DNA of 63,475 nt, filler included, from Octopus bimaculoides (GCF_001194135.2; 8 parts of 7 records of this genome joined end to end with filler, not necessarily neighbours in it), one strand, 5' to 3'; counted from the first letter of the whole stretch, positions 12,081 to 26,277 are shown. The notes: a model not told the origin generated them from the letters alone. Program-made: numbers and translations.

Positions 12081-13683
12081 ATGCAAACCTACAGCTATTT
12101 TACTTTTACTTTCTCCTACCAATACCTTGTCAAGCTTACCCGTCTACTTAAACTATAGCTGTATCTGTGTGTTTGTATGCGTGTGCGCGCACGCCTGTAT
12201 GTTATATATTTGTCTTCCCTAGTTTTAGAGAGTTCTTGAGCATAAGACACCTCTCTGTTGTGCACAACCCACATCCCCTGCTGCCATTGAAAAGAATTAA
12301 CCTCTCTCTGCGATTCTTTAATTGATAGTGTAGTCAGTGGTCTTCTTTTTCCTACTCAATTCTGCCTCAAGGTATTGAAAGTAGAAGTGTGACTGGTACC
12401 GTGGTCTGGCTTGGATGGTCTAACTTCTGCCTCGTACATAATAACCTTTGCTTTGCATTATTCATTAAGCAGACATGCACATTTACTTATAAAGACGGTG
12501 TAGACTTCTGTGAAATGATTTATTTCCTGTTAGGTTTTGAACTAAAGTTAATCCTAAGATTATACCTGATGAACACTTTCCCATATTCATGGCTACTGGA
12601 GAAGTATTCATCTATTAAACCTATCAGCCTTCGCAGTATTTATTTTAGTATTTCGCAAACACAGGGACATGAACAAGATGATATTACGACGTAATTTATT
12701 TCTTGTGGCGCCAGGACTAAGAGTATAGCAAATATTCTTGTTGTCGCCACCCTCTTCCAGCATACCACTGCTGTATGAGTACTCTTTATACAAATTAACA
12801 TCGGTCAGGATTGGTTTTCGGACTTCATTGAACAAGTACTCGCGACTGAGTGTCGAACAGCATATTATAGCGGACCAATGAATTCCATCATGATTTACCA
12901 GTAAGCTTCTTTCCATTGATATGCTATGGATTACAGAGTAACAGCACTAGTATTATTTTACCACCTCAAACTTTCCTTTTCAGATAAAAGAGAGTTTCAA
13001 ACTATTAATAACTCTAGCTTCAATATTTCTACGGGAAATACGAAGAATAAGCACAAGTTCTTACAGAGAGGAAATTACGTGTCTACAAAGCAAAATAGTC
13101 ATTGAGAGTCAATTCCTCGCAGAAACTCATTAAAATCGTTTTTTCTTACATATTGAAATACAGTAAATATTTACAGAGAATTTCCAGCTGATCAAGCAAG
13201 TAAATTCAAAAAGGAATTTGCAAACTTCGTTCACATGTTAATGATAGCAAATACACTAGAACTTTTTTCAAACTTATGTTAATCTGTTCTGGTTTTCAAT
13301 AAACAATATCCTCAAAATAATCGGAATACAAATGCTACTCGATGGAGTTTTTGAAACGTACTTGGAGGAAATCCTTGAATACGCTAACAGCCAATAATAC
13401 ATGCAATATAGTAACGAAAGAAAATCGCTCTACACTAATTTACACTGGTGCACACAAAAACAGACACACCTTTCATGAGGGTGTAACTGTGATTGTGTGT
13501 TCTGGCGTAAACTAGTGCGTTTACTTGTGTCCTTTGACATTAAAAGTTAATTAAGCCATTCGGTAAATAAAGACGATAAAATAAGAATTTGATTAAATAT
13601 TGATGGCAATATAATCGATTAAAAAACGCTTGAATGAGGTGTTCCAGTAAGAGTGTTTGAAACCAGAAAAGAATAGTACAAAA

Positions 13684-13765
<82 letters not shown>

Positions 13766-14689
13766 TTCTAGGAGGTTGGGTAAAGAGTGTAGCGGCTCCG
13801 TCGTTGGGTCGCTTCTTTTTCTTTGTGTCAAAAGCATGCTATTCGTTTCAACCGGAAATTAAAACTCACACTTAATTCACATTGAATTTTGTTTCCACTT
13901 TTAAGATGCACTTCATATTACATCGCATTGTTTTCTGGTAGTTTGACACTACTCTGTATTTAAGTTTCAGTAACTAAATGAAGTTGATTCATATTCATTT
14001 CAACTGACAATCGAAGTAGTATTGTGAATTTGTTTTGCCATTGGCTTTTCAATTCCTCTTATTAAACACGCCACTATGTCACGTTATACATTTGACTGCC
14101 TTGATACATTATTGTTTGTATCTGATATAATTAGATTAATCGTTCTGACATGATAGTTAGCTCAATAAATAAGACCAAATCTCTTATTAACAATTCCGAC
14201 TCCCTATCCATTATATCATAATGCATCGAAGGGTGACAAACTGTTTATTGTAATGGGTTAAGACTTCACCATTATAGATAATCGATGGAGCTTCTCTGAT
14301 GAAACATTTATTAAAGCTAATAAAATTAATATTTGATCAAGACTTTTTTCATTTACTATTATCTCAGTCAAATTCTCTCCTTTTCCTTTTTTGCTTTTAG
14401 TGTTGACAAAATAAATACAAATCAAAGGGTGTTAATTAATTCATTAAACTACTGCTTGAACTTTTTTGACTTATCCTTAATACTGTAAGTCCTTATTTTA
14501 AATTCACATACAGTGGTGAATGATGGGATTTCCACTAATATTACAGAACCTCCCAAGCTGCCACTCCTTAAACACTATAGTACACTTAAACTCTCCTCTT
14601 GATATCAAATAGATTTTACTTCCTATTTCTCTTTTTAACTCTGCCTTTCACTATCATTACAATCATGCAGTCACTAACTGCGATATCTC

Positions 14690-15400
14690 TTCCAACTGCT
14701 CTAGCGTAGCAAAAAGATTCATACCGGTGATGCCATTGCTCTCAAACTATGTCCCAAGGCTAGCGTCTATGCTATTCAAACTTTTCAAGTTGTCTCTCTT
14801 TAAAAAGATTTATCTATCATGGAAATTATATTGTCCTTTACCCTACCTAAGAAAGATACAAAATAAACTCTCGACGACTCTGCAAATGCTAGGTTTCTAA
14901 ATCTTTAACAACCTCTCTACTGTGACCGTACATATATACCATTAGCGAAACTTCATCCTAAGCGTATGCATGTCTTCACAGCTAGTAAAATGTTCCAGTC
15001 CTAATCAGTCGTTGCACGCAAAAACATCATAGATACATCTAATAGGAGACCATTTGGCAAACTGCCGATGATTCACTCGCAGACGGACTATAAATACTGC
15101 TTTGCAGATTCACTGTTTATCTCATTTCTGCCGTTACAACGGCTTCTGCCTCTCTGAACTAGTGGACTCCATAGCACCTCCACTAAGCCCTTTCGATACA
15201 TCTGTTTCTCTTTCTTTCGCCATACCTAACGTGCTTCAGTATTCTTTTCGTATATCTCGCACTAACCGTTCCTACATCAAGTGGCATCTCTTTACCATTA
15301 CCTGCCTACCTACATACGTTTTATTTATTACAAAAGTAAGCCTATATATGTTCTCACTGAGCATCAAATATATCACTATGATGTGTCTATAGAGTCCATG
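14690..15400 (+). mobile_element. Degenerate CR1/L2-like LINE reverse transcriptase remnant
   Basis: PRLASMLFKLFKLSL...SWK resembles the pre-RT ELA..L..LF..SL...WK motif. The 3' part FCRYNGFCLSELVDSIAPPL...RTNRSY resembles CR1-like C-termini. Confidence 0.4.
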
Positions 15401-16084
15401 AGTATCTCCCTCCGACGTAGTGGTTTCAACGTTTGACACAAGGCCAGCAATTTCAGGAGCGGAAGTAAGCCGATTTCATGGAACTCATTATTCAACTGGT
15501 ACTAATCTATCAACCTCAAAAGGATGAAAAACAAAGTCGACCTCGACGGAATCGGGACTCAGAAAATGAAGACGGACGAAATGTCATTAAGCATTTCGCC
15601 CCATGTGCTAACAATTCTGCCATCTCACCGTTGCATCTCCCTTCAACATATTAAAATTAGTAACACACATCACTTTGAAATATTTAGTTTCATCTTCCTA
15701 TATACTAGCTTCGAATGCTACTGCTGTCCACTTTGCTTTCTATACTACTGAAGAGGTAAACCACTTACTTTTACACGACACTTGTTCATTCTTGTGACAA
15801 TGTCTTGTGACAATGTAAGAAATCGATATTTCTGTTTCAGTTTTCTTATCATTTAATATTATACACTTTCAAACCTGATTTTGCATTACAGCTTCGATTA
15901 GTGAGATAGGTAGAAAAATATTTATCGCTTTATTCCACAAAGATAGGCAATAAAACAGTGATTTTATGCCTTTAGAAAAGATATTAAACTAAGACCGTAC
16001 TTCAACTCTTAAATGGAACTTATTTGTTTGTATATGTACATATACATGCATACTTGCACTATATAGATTGCTAACCACTACACA

Positions 16085-16251
16085 TTCTTCATTTTCTCTC
16101 CTTGTTTCTTTTCGTGTTCCTTTCTGTGGAAGAGCGTAGGCTCGAAACGTTAAAGACTTTTTCACTTCCCGAGCGTTAAACTAACACATTTGTTTGTTGT
16201 TTACACCACTTGTCTTCGTTTTCTGTTTGTTTTTTTTTTGTGAATTCTCCC

Positions 16252-16255
<4 letters not shown>
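16085..16255 (+). repeat. Pyrimidine-rich interspersed repeat, likely a Penelope pseudo-LTR fragment
   Basis: Contains the hammerhead-like motif. A similar T-rich repeat fragment occurs at about 18930-19060. Family assignment is inferred. Confidence 0.4.
16120..16155 (+). ncRNA. Hammerhead-like motif with variant core inside a Penelope pseudo-LTR-like repeat
   Basis: CUUU-CUGUGGA-A-GAGC-GUAG-GCUC-GAAA-CGU-U-AAAG: 4-bp stem I, 4-bp stem II, ACGU palindromic stem III. Core has A6 to U and one extra A. Confidence 0.4.
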
Positions 16256-16288
<33 letters not shown>

Positions 16289-18452
16289 NNNNNNNNNNNN
16301 NNNNNNNNNNNNNNNNNNNNNNNNNNNNNNNNNNNNNNNNNNNNNNNNNNNNNNNNNNNNNNNNNNNNNNNNNNNNNNNNNNNNNNNNNNNNNNNNNNNN
16401 NNNNNNNNNNNNNNNNNNNNNNNNNNNNNNNNNNNNNNNNNNNNNNNNNNNNNNNNNNNNNNNNNNNNNNNNNNNNNNNNNNNNNNNNNNNNNNNNNNNN
16501 NNNNNNNNNNNNNNNNNNNNNNNNNNNNNNNNNNNNNNNNNNNNNNNNNNNNNNNNNNNNNNNNNNNNNNNNNNNNNNNNNNNNNNNNNNNNNNNNNNNN
16601 NNNNNNNNNNNNNNNNNNNNNNNNNNNNNNNNNNNNNNNNNNNNNNNNNNNNNNNNNNNNNNNNNNNNNNNNNNNNNNNNNNNNNNNNNNNNNNNNNNNN
16701 NNNNNNNNNNNNNNNNNNNNNNNNNNNNNNNNNNNNNNNNNNNNACGTAAGTCTTTGGCACGCTTGTTATTTTTAGTTGAGGCATTCGCGTAATATATAT
16801 GAATTGGAATATCATCATTTACGAGTAAAATACAACATGCAAATGTAATTTTATTACTTTATAGGTAGCTTTAATTTATATGTAAATTCCATGCATAATT
16901 TAGATAGAAATTTAAACATTTGTGGATTATAAAGGACATAACTATTTTTGACGAAATCGTGAGTATTATTTATATGTAAAAACCTTGTTATTTTCAATTA
17001 ATCTGTTTTGTCGGTGGGGAGTATTACCGTTTAACATAAAAATTGCTGAAGAAACAAGAACTATCTCTATTTCAGGATTCAATCAAAGGCATAAATTCTT
17101 CACTTTCAAAAACCTCTACAAATCGACATAACAGGTTAAATGTTCTCGTTCTATAGTTCAGGCCACAAACAAAACGTTTCCAAGCGACAGAAATTCATCT
17201 GAACAGAGAAAGATCTGAAAGAAAACGTGACACAACAACAAAGAGGAGTGAAAAATTTAGAACTCCTAACATAGAAATCGCCAATTGATCATTTGTGCTG
17301 TCTGTCGAGATAAATGAAGGGTCATTGAAAATATCAAAGGATGCAAAGCTAAAAAGAAGTTATAGTTATTCGAGGCTGATCACAAGAAACGTCTTCAGTG
17401 ATCTAAATCTTATGTCAATTACACTTTTGATGATTATCGAAACTTCTCTGGTACGACGAAAAATACTATCAGCTATGTTATATCTGTTATCAGCCATATT
17501 GTATTTACCATCAGCTATATTATATCTCTAGTATATATTTTAAGTGGTTCATTAACAAAATGATTTCCTTTTCAGAAAATGGATTCTGTTTTCATTTACT
17601 TTTTCTTTTACCGTAAAGTAAGGTACGTCAGAGAGCTAATGAAAATTATAATAATAAAATACTGGCGCGCTAAACGTATATATCTTTTAATATATTAATT
17701 TATTATTAATTGTACAGCTAATTATTTACCCTGGGTATTCAGGCCTTTTTTCATTTCTTCATAAGCTATTTTTGATTTAAGATTTTCTTTGATTTTTATA
17801 ATATGATTTTAAACTGCAATTTTAAAATTAAACTGTAACGCGGAGTAGATGGAACAGGGACAAGTGACGAAGGGGTATACTCTTTATGTTGCATGCCTCG
17901 TTTCTCTGTTTGTTTTTTTCGTTGTTCGAAAAAAGTTCGTTTTCTGTTTTCGTTTTTATGTTTTCGTTTCTCATTGTGTTTAATGTTTGTTTGATGTCCT
18001 GTACCTATATATGCATGTATGTATACATATAGATGTAGGTATGTACATATACGTATAGATATATGCATATATACATATATATNNNNNNNNNNNNNNNNNN
18101 NNNNNNNNNNNNNNNNNNNNNNNNNNNNNNNNNNNNNNNNNNNNNNNNNNNNNNNNNNNNNNNNNNNNNNNNNNNNNNNNNNNNNNNNNNNNNNNNNNNN
18201 NNNNNNNNNNNNNNNNNNNNNNNNNNNNNNNNNNNNNNNNNNNNNNNNNNNNNNNNNNNNNNNNNNNNNNNNNNNNNNNNNNNNNNNNNNNNNNNNNNNN
18301 NNNNNNNNNNNNNNNNNNNNNNNNNNNNNNNNNNNNNNNNNNNNNNNNNNNNNNNNNNNNNNNNNNNNNNNNNNNNNNNNNNNNNNNNNNNNNNNNNNNN
18401 NNNNNNNNNNNNNNNNNNNNNNNNNNNNNNNNNNNNNNNNNNNNNNNNNNNN

Positions 18453-18520
<68 letters not shown>

Positions 18521-19062
18521 GATTTACTATATATGTTATATATGCTTACATATATATTATATATATATTACATTATACACTAGCAACCCCATGTCGTCAA
18601 AAATGTTGACAGTTTTATTAGTGATAGAAAATGGCACATCTACGCAGTGGGGAAAATCGTTATTAAATGTCAGCAATCTACTAAATATGTGTACGTACAC
18701 AGAATTGAAGCTCTTGAAGAATTGGACACGATTGTAATATCTCGGTTGGAAATATCATCCACATAATTAATGTATGTGTGTGTGAATATACACACAAACA
18801 AACGCACGCACGCACGCACACACATACACATACATATATACATACAAATATACATGTACATATAAATACTTATATATATGCATATATATGCATGACACCT
18901 GTTGTTATGTCCTGTTATATGTATTTGTGTAACATTCTCCGTTTATTTTTTCCGTCCTTGTTTTCTTTGTATCGTCTATCTGGATGTTTTGTTGTCCCTT
19001 TTTTGTATCACCTAGCTGTTTGGATGTTTTGCGTTCTTGTCCCATTTTGTATTGTTTATATA

Positions 19063-19162
19063 NNNNNNNNNNNNNNNNNNNNNNNNNNNNNNNNNNNNNN
19101 NNNNNNTTAATTAATTAANNNNNNNNNNNNNNNNNNNNNNNNNNNNNNNNNNNNNNNNNNNN
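19063..19162. other. Artificial 100-nt scaffold linker (44 N + TTAATTAATTAA + 44 N)
   Basis: Identical linkers at 19063-19162, 29476-29575, 35059-35158, 44770-44869, 57514-57613, 59498-59597 and 61121-61220. The 12-mer gives stop codons in all six frames. Confidence 0.97.
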
Positions 19163-20899
19163 ATTATTATTATTATTATCTTTCAATTTCATTTCCTTTT
19201 CTTGCCGAGTGTCTTCCTGACATTTAGGGCAGAAAAACGCACAATATACAATCGTAGGCCATTAAAATAAACACAGCACTTTGTTCATTTACAAAGTCAT
19301 GTGATAGAGAGAAAAGAGTATTGTTATTGTCGTTGTCGTTGTTGCTGTCTTTGCTCTTGTTGATTGGTATTTATTTTTTGTTCTTCATGGTAGTGGGTGT
19401 AGGACTGGTAGTGGTGCTATTATCACTGTAGCTGATATTATCTTTAGTAATATCAACAATTCCAGCAGCTATAAATAACAATAGTATATGTTGGTGTAAT
19501 AGCAGGAATTCCCAATATATCAGCCGTAGCAATGTCTGTAGTAAGAGTAGTAGTAATCGTTGTAGTAGATTTAGAGTGTTAATCATATCTTTTAGGTGAT
19601 TATAATGGAAATACATGTGAATAGTAGCAGATATATAACAGGAAATACTGATCATACTGGTTGTGATAGAGGTGAGTGGTGTTAATAATGGATTTCTGCG
19701 ATAGTAGTATCAGACTAGTAATATATGCGTTCATTTTGGAAGCGTTGATAGTGTTCAGCTTTAGGTCTAGTAGTTGTGGTGGTTGTAGTAACTTCAGTAG
19801 TTGTAGGTGCGATGATAGTGGTTCCGGTAGTTATAGTAGTAGCAGTGATAGCATTTGTAGTAGTGACAGTGGTAGTAGTTGTAATAGTTTTGCTAGAGGA
19901 AATAGTAGGAGGAACTTCGGTGGTGGCAGTAATAGTGGTAGAGTCGATATTTTCTTTTGTTTTGTTTTTTTTACATTCATTGATGCTATTTGTGGATTTA
20001 CTGTTGCTTATCAAGCCCTGAAGTTTGTTTGAAATTATGTTCATCAAATATATCGACCACACAATTCTTTGTCCCTGATAAAAGGTTTTCCTGTTGTTGA
20101 GTGACAAAGATAAGCCACTCCATCGAAACTTCAGCTGCAAAGGGTGGGGAAAAAAGACCAAAAAAAAAAATAAATAAAAAATAAACAATGGTCACTAGAT
20201 ATTCGAAAAATTACTGATACCTAAAACCGGAAATGCTATTATGTTTTGCAATACGAGATACGAGAACAATCAGAAAAGAATTCTGCAAAGCTCACTCCAG
20301 TATCCATATTCATATATTCATTCACATTCTTACATTTATGGTTGTGCGCTAGGGTTAGGTATACAAAGGTATACACATACAGACGTATATATTCACACAA
20401 ATTTACAGATTTGCATATATAAATACATAGATAGGTACATACATATATTGATATATTTAAGTATATATANNNNNNNNNNNNNNNNNNNNNNNNNNNNNNN
20501 NNNNNNNNNNNNNNNNNNNNNNNNNNNNNNNNNNNNNNNNNNNNNNNNNNNNNNNNNNNNNNNNNNNNNNNNNNNNNNNNNNNNNNNNNNNNNNNNNNNN
20601 NNNNNNNNNNNNNNNNNNNNNNNNNNNNNNNNNNNNNNNNNNNNNNNNNNNNNNNNNNNNNNNNNNNNNNNNNNNNNNNNNNNNNNNNNNNNNNNNNNNN
20701 NNNNNNNNNNNNNNNNNNNNNNNNNNNNTATATATATATATATATATATATGCATATGTAAATGTATGTAAACTTATGCAGATATATGAAAGGCATTCAA
20801 GTGTATAAACACGTTTTATGAATGTAGATTATTATATCTAAAACATGAAGCTGCATTCTCATAGATATGCATATCTGTGCACACACATATTACATGTAT

Positions 20900-21066
20900 A
20901 TAAAATATCTACAAGAATGCAACCTCTACATTCATATACACTCACGCACACACACATCAACATGCATAAACATATATTAAAGACATTAATAAGAGTATTT
21001 ACACCCTTTCCACAAAATATATGAAGACATATTTCATCATCTCTCTATCTATATACATATAGATAA

Positions 21067-21115
<49 letters not shown>

Positions 21116-21308
21116 TATATGTAAGGATCTATCTAGCTATCTGTCTATTTATCTATATGTATATAGATAGATAGATTATGAAATATGTCATCATATATTT
21201 TGTGGAAAGGGTGTAAATACTCTTATGTCTTTAATATATGTTTATGCATGTTGACGTGTGTGTGCGTGAGTATATATGAATGTAGAGGTTGCATTCTTGT
21301 AGATATTT

Positions 21309-21311
<3 letters not shown>
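20900..21311. repeat. Long inverted repeat with about 170-bp arms around a 77-nt (CA)n-containing spacer
   Basis: 20900-21069 is the near-exact reverse complement of 21147-21311, with a few substitutions and one 4-nt indel. Confidence 0.9.
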
Positions 21312-21377
<66 letters not shown>

Positions 21378-22449
21378 ATATGTATATATGTAGAAGGTTG
21401 AAAAGGAACACACGAGTAAATATATATAAGGAAAATAAGACAAAGTAGAAAATGCTAAAATAATTTTATCATGAAGAACATTTTAATACCGCTTTCAGTC
21501 ATGGCGACTTTTGAAATCCTGACCTGACTTGTAACTTATGTAGTCTATGCACTCAGAGTTTGAGGATTGGTTGGAGGCACAAGATCAGTTAATAAAACCT
21601 ACCTAGAAAACATTTCCAACGTATGAAACTGTTAGTAGTATATAACTCTATACTGTGTACATTAAACAACACATACATACACACAACACACACACACACA
21701 TAATAAATATGTATGTATATATACATATACATACATATATATATATATANNNNNNNNNNNNNNNNNNNNNNNNNNNNNNNNNNNNNNNNNNNNNNNNNNN
21801 NNNNNNNNNNNNNNNNNNNNNNNNNNNNNNNNNNNNNNNNNNNNNNNNNNNNNNNNNNNNNNNNNNNNNNNNNNNNNNNNNNNNNNNNNNNNNNNNNNNN
21901 NNNNNNNNNNNNNNNNNNNNNNNNNNNNNNNNNNNNNNNNNNNNNNNNNNNNNNNNNNNNNNNNNNNNNNNNNNNNNNNNNNNNNNNNNNNNNNNNNNNN
22001 NNNNNNGATTATGTTGATAAAATTTAGAAAATTAATAACATATATTTATTGCAAATATACAAATGAGAAATTTGTTTTATTTAATTTATTTTAAATCAAT
22101 AAATGCTTTTCTTTCCAAAATTAGTATTCATTTTATCATTTTGTGTAAGCACCAACAAATTTGATAAAAGTCATATCTAGAAGACATTCTCTCACAGTTG
22201 GCAATAATATGGTTGATGTCTTCAGTCTTGGTCTTGTACTGCCTACATTTGTTGTCTGTCATTGTTTCCTGCGTCTTTTCGTCTGTCTTTACGTTCTGTG
22301 TTCAAATTCACCGAAGTCGACTTTGCCTTTCATCCTTTCGGGGTCGATAAATTAAGTACCAGTTGCCCCCACCCGCCAAAAAAAAAAATTCGGTCCTTGT
22401 GCCTAGAGTATAAAAGATTGTTTTCTTCCTCTTATGCTGTAGGTAGTTA

Positions 22450-24330
22450 GTGGGGATCTCTTGTTATTGAACTGTATGAAGGTAGATTTGAAATTGAACG
22501 TGGGGCGTCATAAGCTTGTCGGTACTCTATGCTAAGCTCTTGAAATGATCACTCTCTTCCATGGCTCGAATTTTCGTGCCACGTATCTATGCAATATCTT
22601 CGCTGTGAACTGCTCCATTGAGTTTGATAGATTTTACTAATGCTCCTTGAGAAAAGATATATATCTCTGCTTATTTCATACCTCCTCAAATTATGTTATT
22701 GATTTTATTGGTTGCAAACATAGGCAAGATAGTTATTGACCTCTTTCCTCTGCTGCTGCCGTTTCAGCGTAACAATACGTGCTTCATATGATGTCAATAC
22801 AGATTTGAGACCACAGCCGCCATCTTTGCATGGGAAGTATAGCCTGTATATATCTTCATTGATGTTGAAGTTCTCCTCACATTGAGCAGCTTGAAAATGC
22901 GAACATCTATCTCTTGATTTCTTAAAGTGAACTGTTCTGAAGGCCAAACGTAGATGTGAAGACAAGCACAGCAAAGGAGCTGTAGGCAATATGCATTTGG
23001 TAACCTGAGAAAGGACTGTATTCTCTCTACTTTCCTGAGGTGTTTATTCCTGGTCCTCTCCTTATTTATGCGTCCATCATATCTGACATTTTCTTCTTGG
23101 CCAAGATACCTATAATTGTTAACTCACTGTAGATATTGTATTGTCAAGTCGTTCATTTTCAGGTTTTTGAAAGCAGGTCACAACGTGTCCCTGTTTCATT
23201 GTAAAAAATGCACATTTGGAATCATCCAATTGCATTCTAATGTCTGTAGAAAAGTGGATAATGAAGTTCAATTGCTTTTTTGATAATTGGCCAATACCTT
23301 TTCAGATCGTCGACAACGAAAACATGTGAGACACGTCTTGATCCATTTCTATGGCCACTACATTTTGTGAGCAGATATGATAGTGGATTTAATGAGCGTA
23401 TGAAGAGGAACGCAGACAGGCTATCACCCTGAAAGCTAACTTTTTGGTAATCGACACAATTTGCTTCTTATCAATTCCAAGGAGCAAAGTGGTGTACCAA
23501 GTCTTGGTCAGGTTCTCAATAGCTATCACAACTAGTCATGAGACTTTGGCTAACTGTAAGGTCCTGATAATCCAACCATGTGGGATACTATCAAAAGCCT
23601 TCTAGTAGTCCAACCATTCTATAGTTAAGTTCCTGAGATCTTATGTTTTCCCGTATCATTTTGTTAATTAGCTGCGGTATGCATCCCCACAGTTCCTTCT
23701 TTTTTTCCGGTTTTCTCAGATGTTATAATGTTGGTAGCACAATGATCTTGCCAGCAAAGATTGAAACACCCAGTGTGTAATTTGTATATGCTGTTCTGGC
23801 AGGATATTGGACGATAATCTTTAGCAAGGGTGGTTTGACTATTCTTGGGGATGAGGAGAATAGTTGCAATTGATAACAATTGGAACAATTCTTGTGTGCC
23901 CTTGGTACTTTCTCCATATAACAGTATAAGATCTTGCTGATAAAAGCTGAAATTCTTCAGCTAGTAGCCTGATATGAAGTCTGGGCTTGGGAATTTTCTG
24001 TTTAGCATTCTCTGTAGAAATACTTCCTGTATTTTGCCGTCTATTTCATACTGATTTTGCTGGGTATCCTAGCTCGAGTTCTTTTCACCATACAATTGCT
24101 TGATGAACTCATCATTTCTTTTCCATACATATCTCCAGTAGCCGTCCTCCTGATCTTGTGTGTTGATGACTTTAATAAAGATCGGAGCAATCGCATTGAA
24201 TCTGGCAAATAATTTATTGACCATTTGCCGTTTATGTTGTACATATACATGTTAGTGTTTCAGCTTTAGCTCTGAGTTGGTCCAGCTGCTGAAGTCTGGA
24301 GTATATAATATAGTAATCTGTCCATCTGTT
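22450..24330 (-). mobile_element. R4/Dong-clade LINE reverse transcriptase remnant
   Basis: LLIPKNSQTTLAKDYRPISCQNSIYKL, FQGDSLS (23421-23436), VDDLKRY (about 23295-23314) and RLYFPCKDGGCGLKS occur in correct RT order. Confidence 0.85.
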
Positions 24331-25984
24331 ATCAGTCTTTTCTGTTGCTTTCTCTAAAGGCACTACATAAAAGATAAGATCAATAAGTTGTTTCCATGAA
24401 TAACTTAAACGATAATATTGTATGATTCCTCATCAACCATATTTTTAAATTGATAATTTCTATGAATTATAAATATTCAAAGTAGGTTTTAAACAGTTTT
24501 TGTGTATCTTTAAAGCATTACATGTTGATCAATTTCTTGTACATATTAGAACAAATTGTTTGTTCCAAAACGGTTTAAAGGTTTTTATCAAGCAAACAAC
24601 AAATTACTTCCGTTGTGTATTTGGTTTGCAAGATACATACTGTGAATTCGTGTTCTGGAACAAATCTCGTTGTGTCTTGGAAGGATCATTACACCAATAA
24701 TAATAATAATATGCACTTATTCAATATCACTTCTTTATGGTTTGTCAATCGGTCAAATATCTAACCACCTAAATAATAGATCTTTTGTTTCATGTGTTCA
24801 ATCAGTTGTTTGTTTTCCAAGGCATTTTGACAAATAATCGATTGATTGTATAACCAAAATATTAACAATCGATTATTTAGTTGGTTATATATTTAACTTA
24901 TCAAATAAAAGGTAAGTAAAAAGAAAAGAAAGAATCGTCTTTAAATTGTCGAGACAGGAAATAGAAACTAAGGCGGGAAAATTGGGAACTTGGTGTCAGG
25001 GAAGTATTTGAATGCAGTAAAGCTCAGATTATGCATTTATTGATTGTTTGAATATTTCTAATGTGCGAGTACTGTGGAGCGAAAAATTATGAAGTTGATC
25101 AAAATATCTAGTTCTGAAATGATATGCTAAATGTACAATACAACCTGTATCAATAGGTTTAGATCTACTTAAGCAATTGTTGAAAGGAAGTGCAGTAGAA
25201 TCACATGTCTTTGTTTCTAAAGCAAGATGGCAGAACTCTTGCTTCCAAATTCATTCTTTGGAGTTATTAGTGTTTATTATGCAGAACAGATACAACATTA
25301 TACGTATTATCGCTCAGGGTACTTATTTCATTTCCAGGTGTTGATCCTAAGCATCTACAGATATATTTCATGGGTAACGAACGAAAATAAATAGGGGAGA
25401 TTCTTACAACAACGCCTGTGTGCTTCAGGGGAAATAAAATTTGATAGTCACAAAATGTTACATCAACAGAATGACTATACTATGACCTTTAAATCTGTTC
25501 TTGAAAATATGAACGAAGCTAGCATGAAGATATTTGCAAACCATTACCGTTCTGAATGTTACGTTGGAATTCCTTAGGAAAAATAAGGTTCTGCATAAAA
25601 GTAAGTAGTCCCTCGTCAGAGAACCCAAAACACACCGTTCAGAGGAATGACTACAAAATCATCAAGCATGAATATATTCTACATGTTATTCAGTATGTCA
25701 AAATATCTGTCCGTCTTGATCTCTATAGTTCCTTTACATGTAATACATTATGGACTAAATTAAGAACCAAATTATTTCCAGGCTTCGAAGGCCTCCAGAA
25801 TCGGCATAATAATGTCGGAAATATCTTCCGTCACTAGACGATTAAACTGAACAATGTGAAAGAACAACATTAAAAGCAATACATCATCAGGTGTTCTAAG
25901 AGTTGCGATCCTTTAGTAGTCTTTCAATAGGCAACGGCTATGGATATTAGGCAGTCGGCTCGCTCGTATATGAACAAATATATA

Positions 25985-26277
25985 TATGAATGTCCATGAG
26001 ACTGCACCTAGAAAGTTACCCTCCGAGGCACAAGTCCGGGCTTGGTTGTTTATGGAAGACCAGCCTCCCCTCTCCACACAGCCAATGTTATCCAAGGGTA
26101 AGGAAAAGGCCGATACAACCTGGCATCAGTGACACCGAAACTCATTTCTACTGCTGAGTGAACTGGAGCAACATGAAATAAAGTGCCTCGCGCAAGAACA
26201 CAACACACAGCCCGGTCGGGGAATCGAACTCACTACATAATGCACGTGAGCCCGACGCTCTAACCATTGAGCGCCTT
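25985..26277 (-). mobile_element. tRNA-derived CORE-like SINE with an alternative tail
   Basis: A-box tggttagagcg, B-box gttcgattcc, CORE-like body. The tail is also seen at 57355-57513. Confidence 0.8.

Noticed and set aside
12200-13400. Coding-like AT-rich stretch, including the 102-aa ORF at 12608-12916
   Set aside because: No recognisable motif or splice structure; left unclassified.
14296-14310. CTGATGAAAC (and CTGATGAAAAC near 48754)
   Set aside because: No stem II and no flanking stems; this is a chance core-like word.
19371-20188. Thr-rich mucin-like ORFs on the minus strand
   Set aside because: This is a degenerate ACT/AGT low-complexity tract with stops and frame changes. No convincing splice sites were found bounding it.
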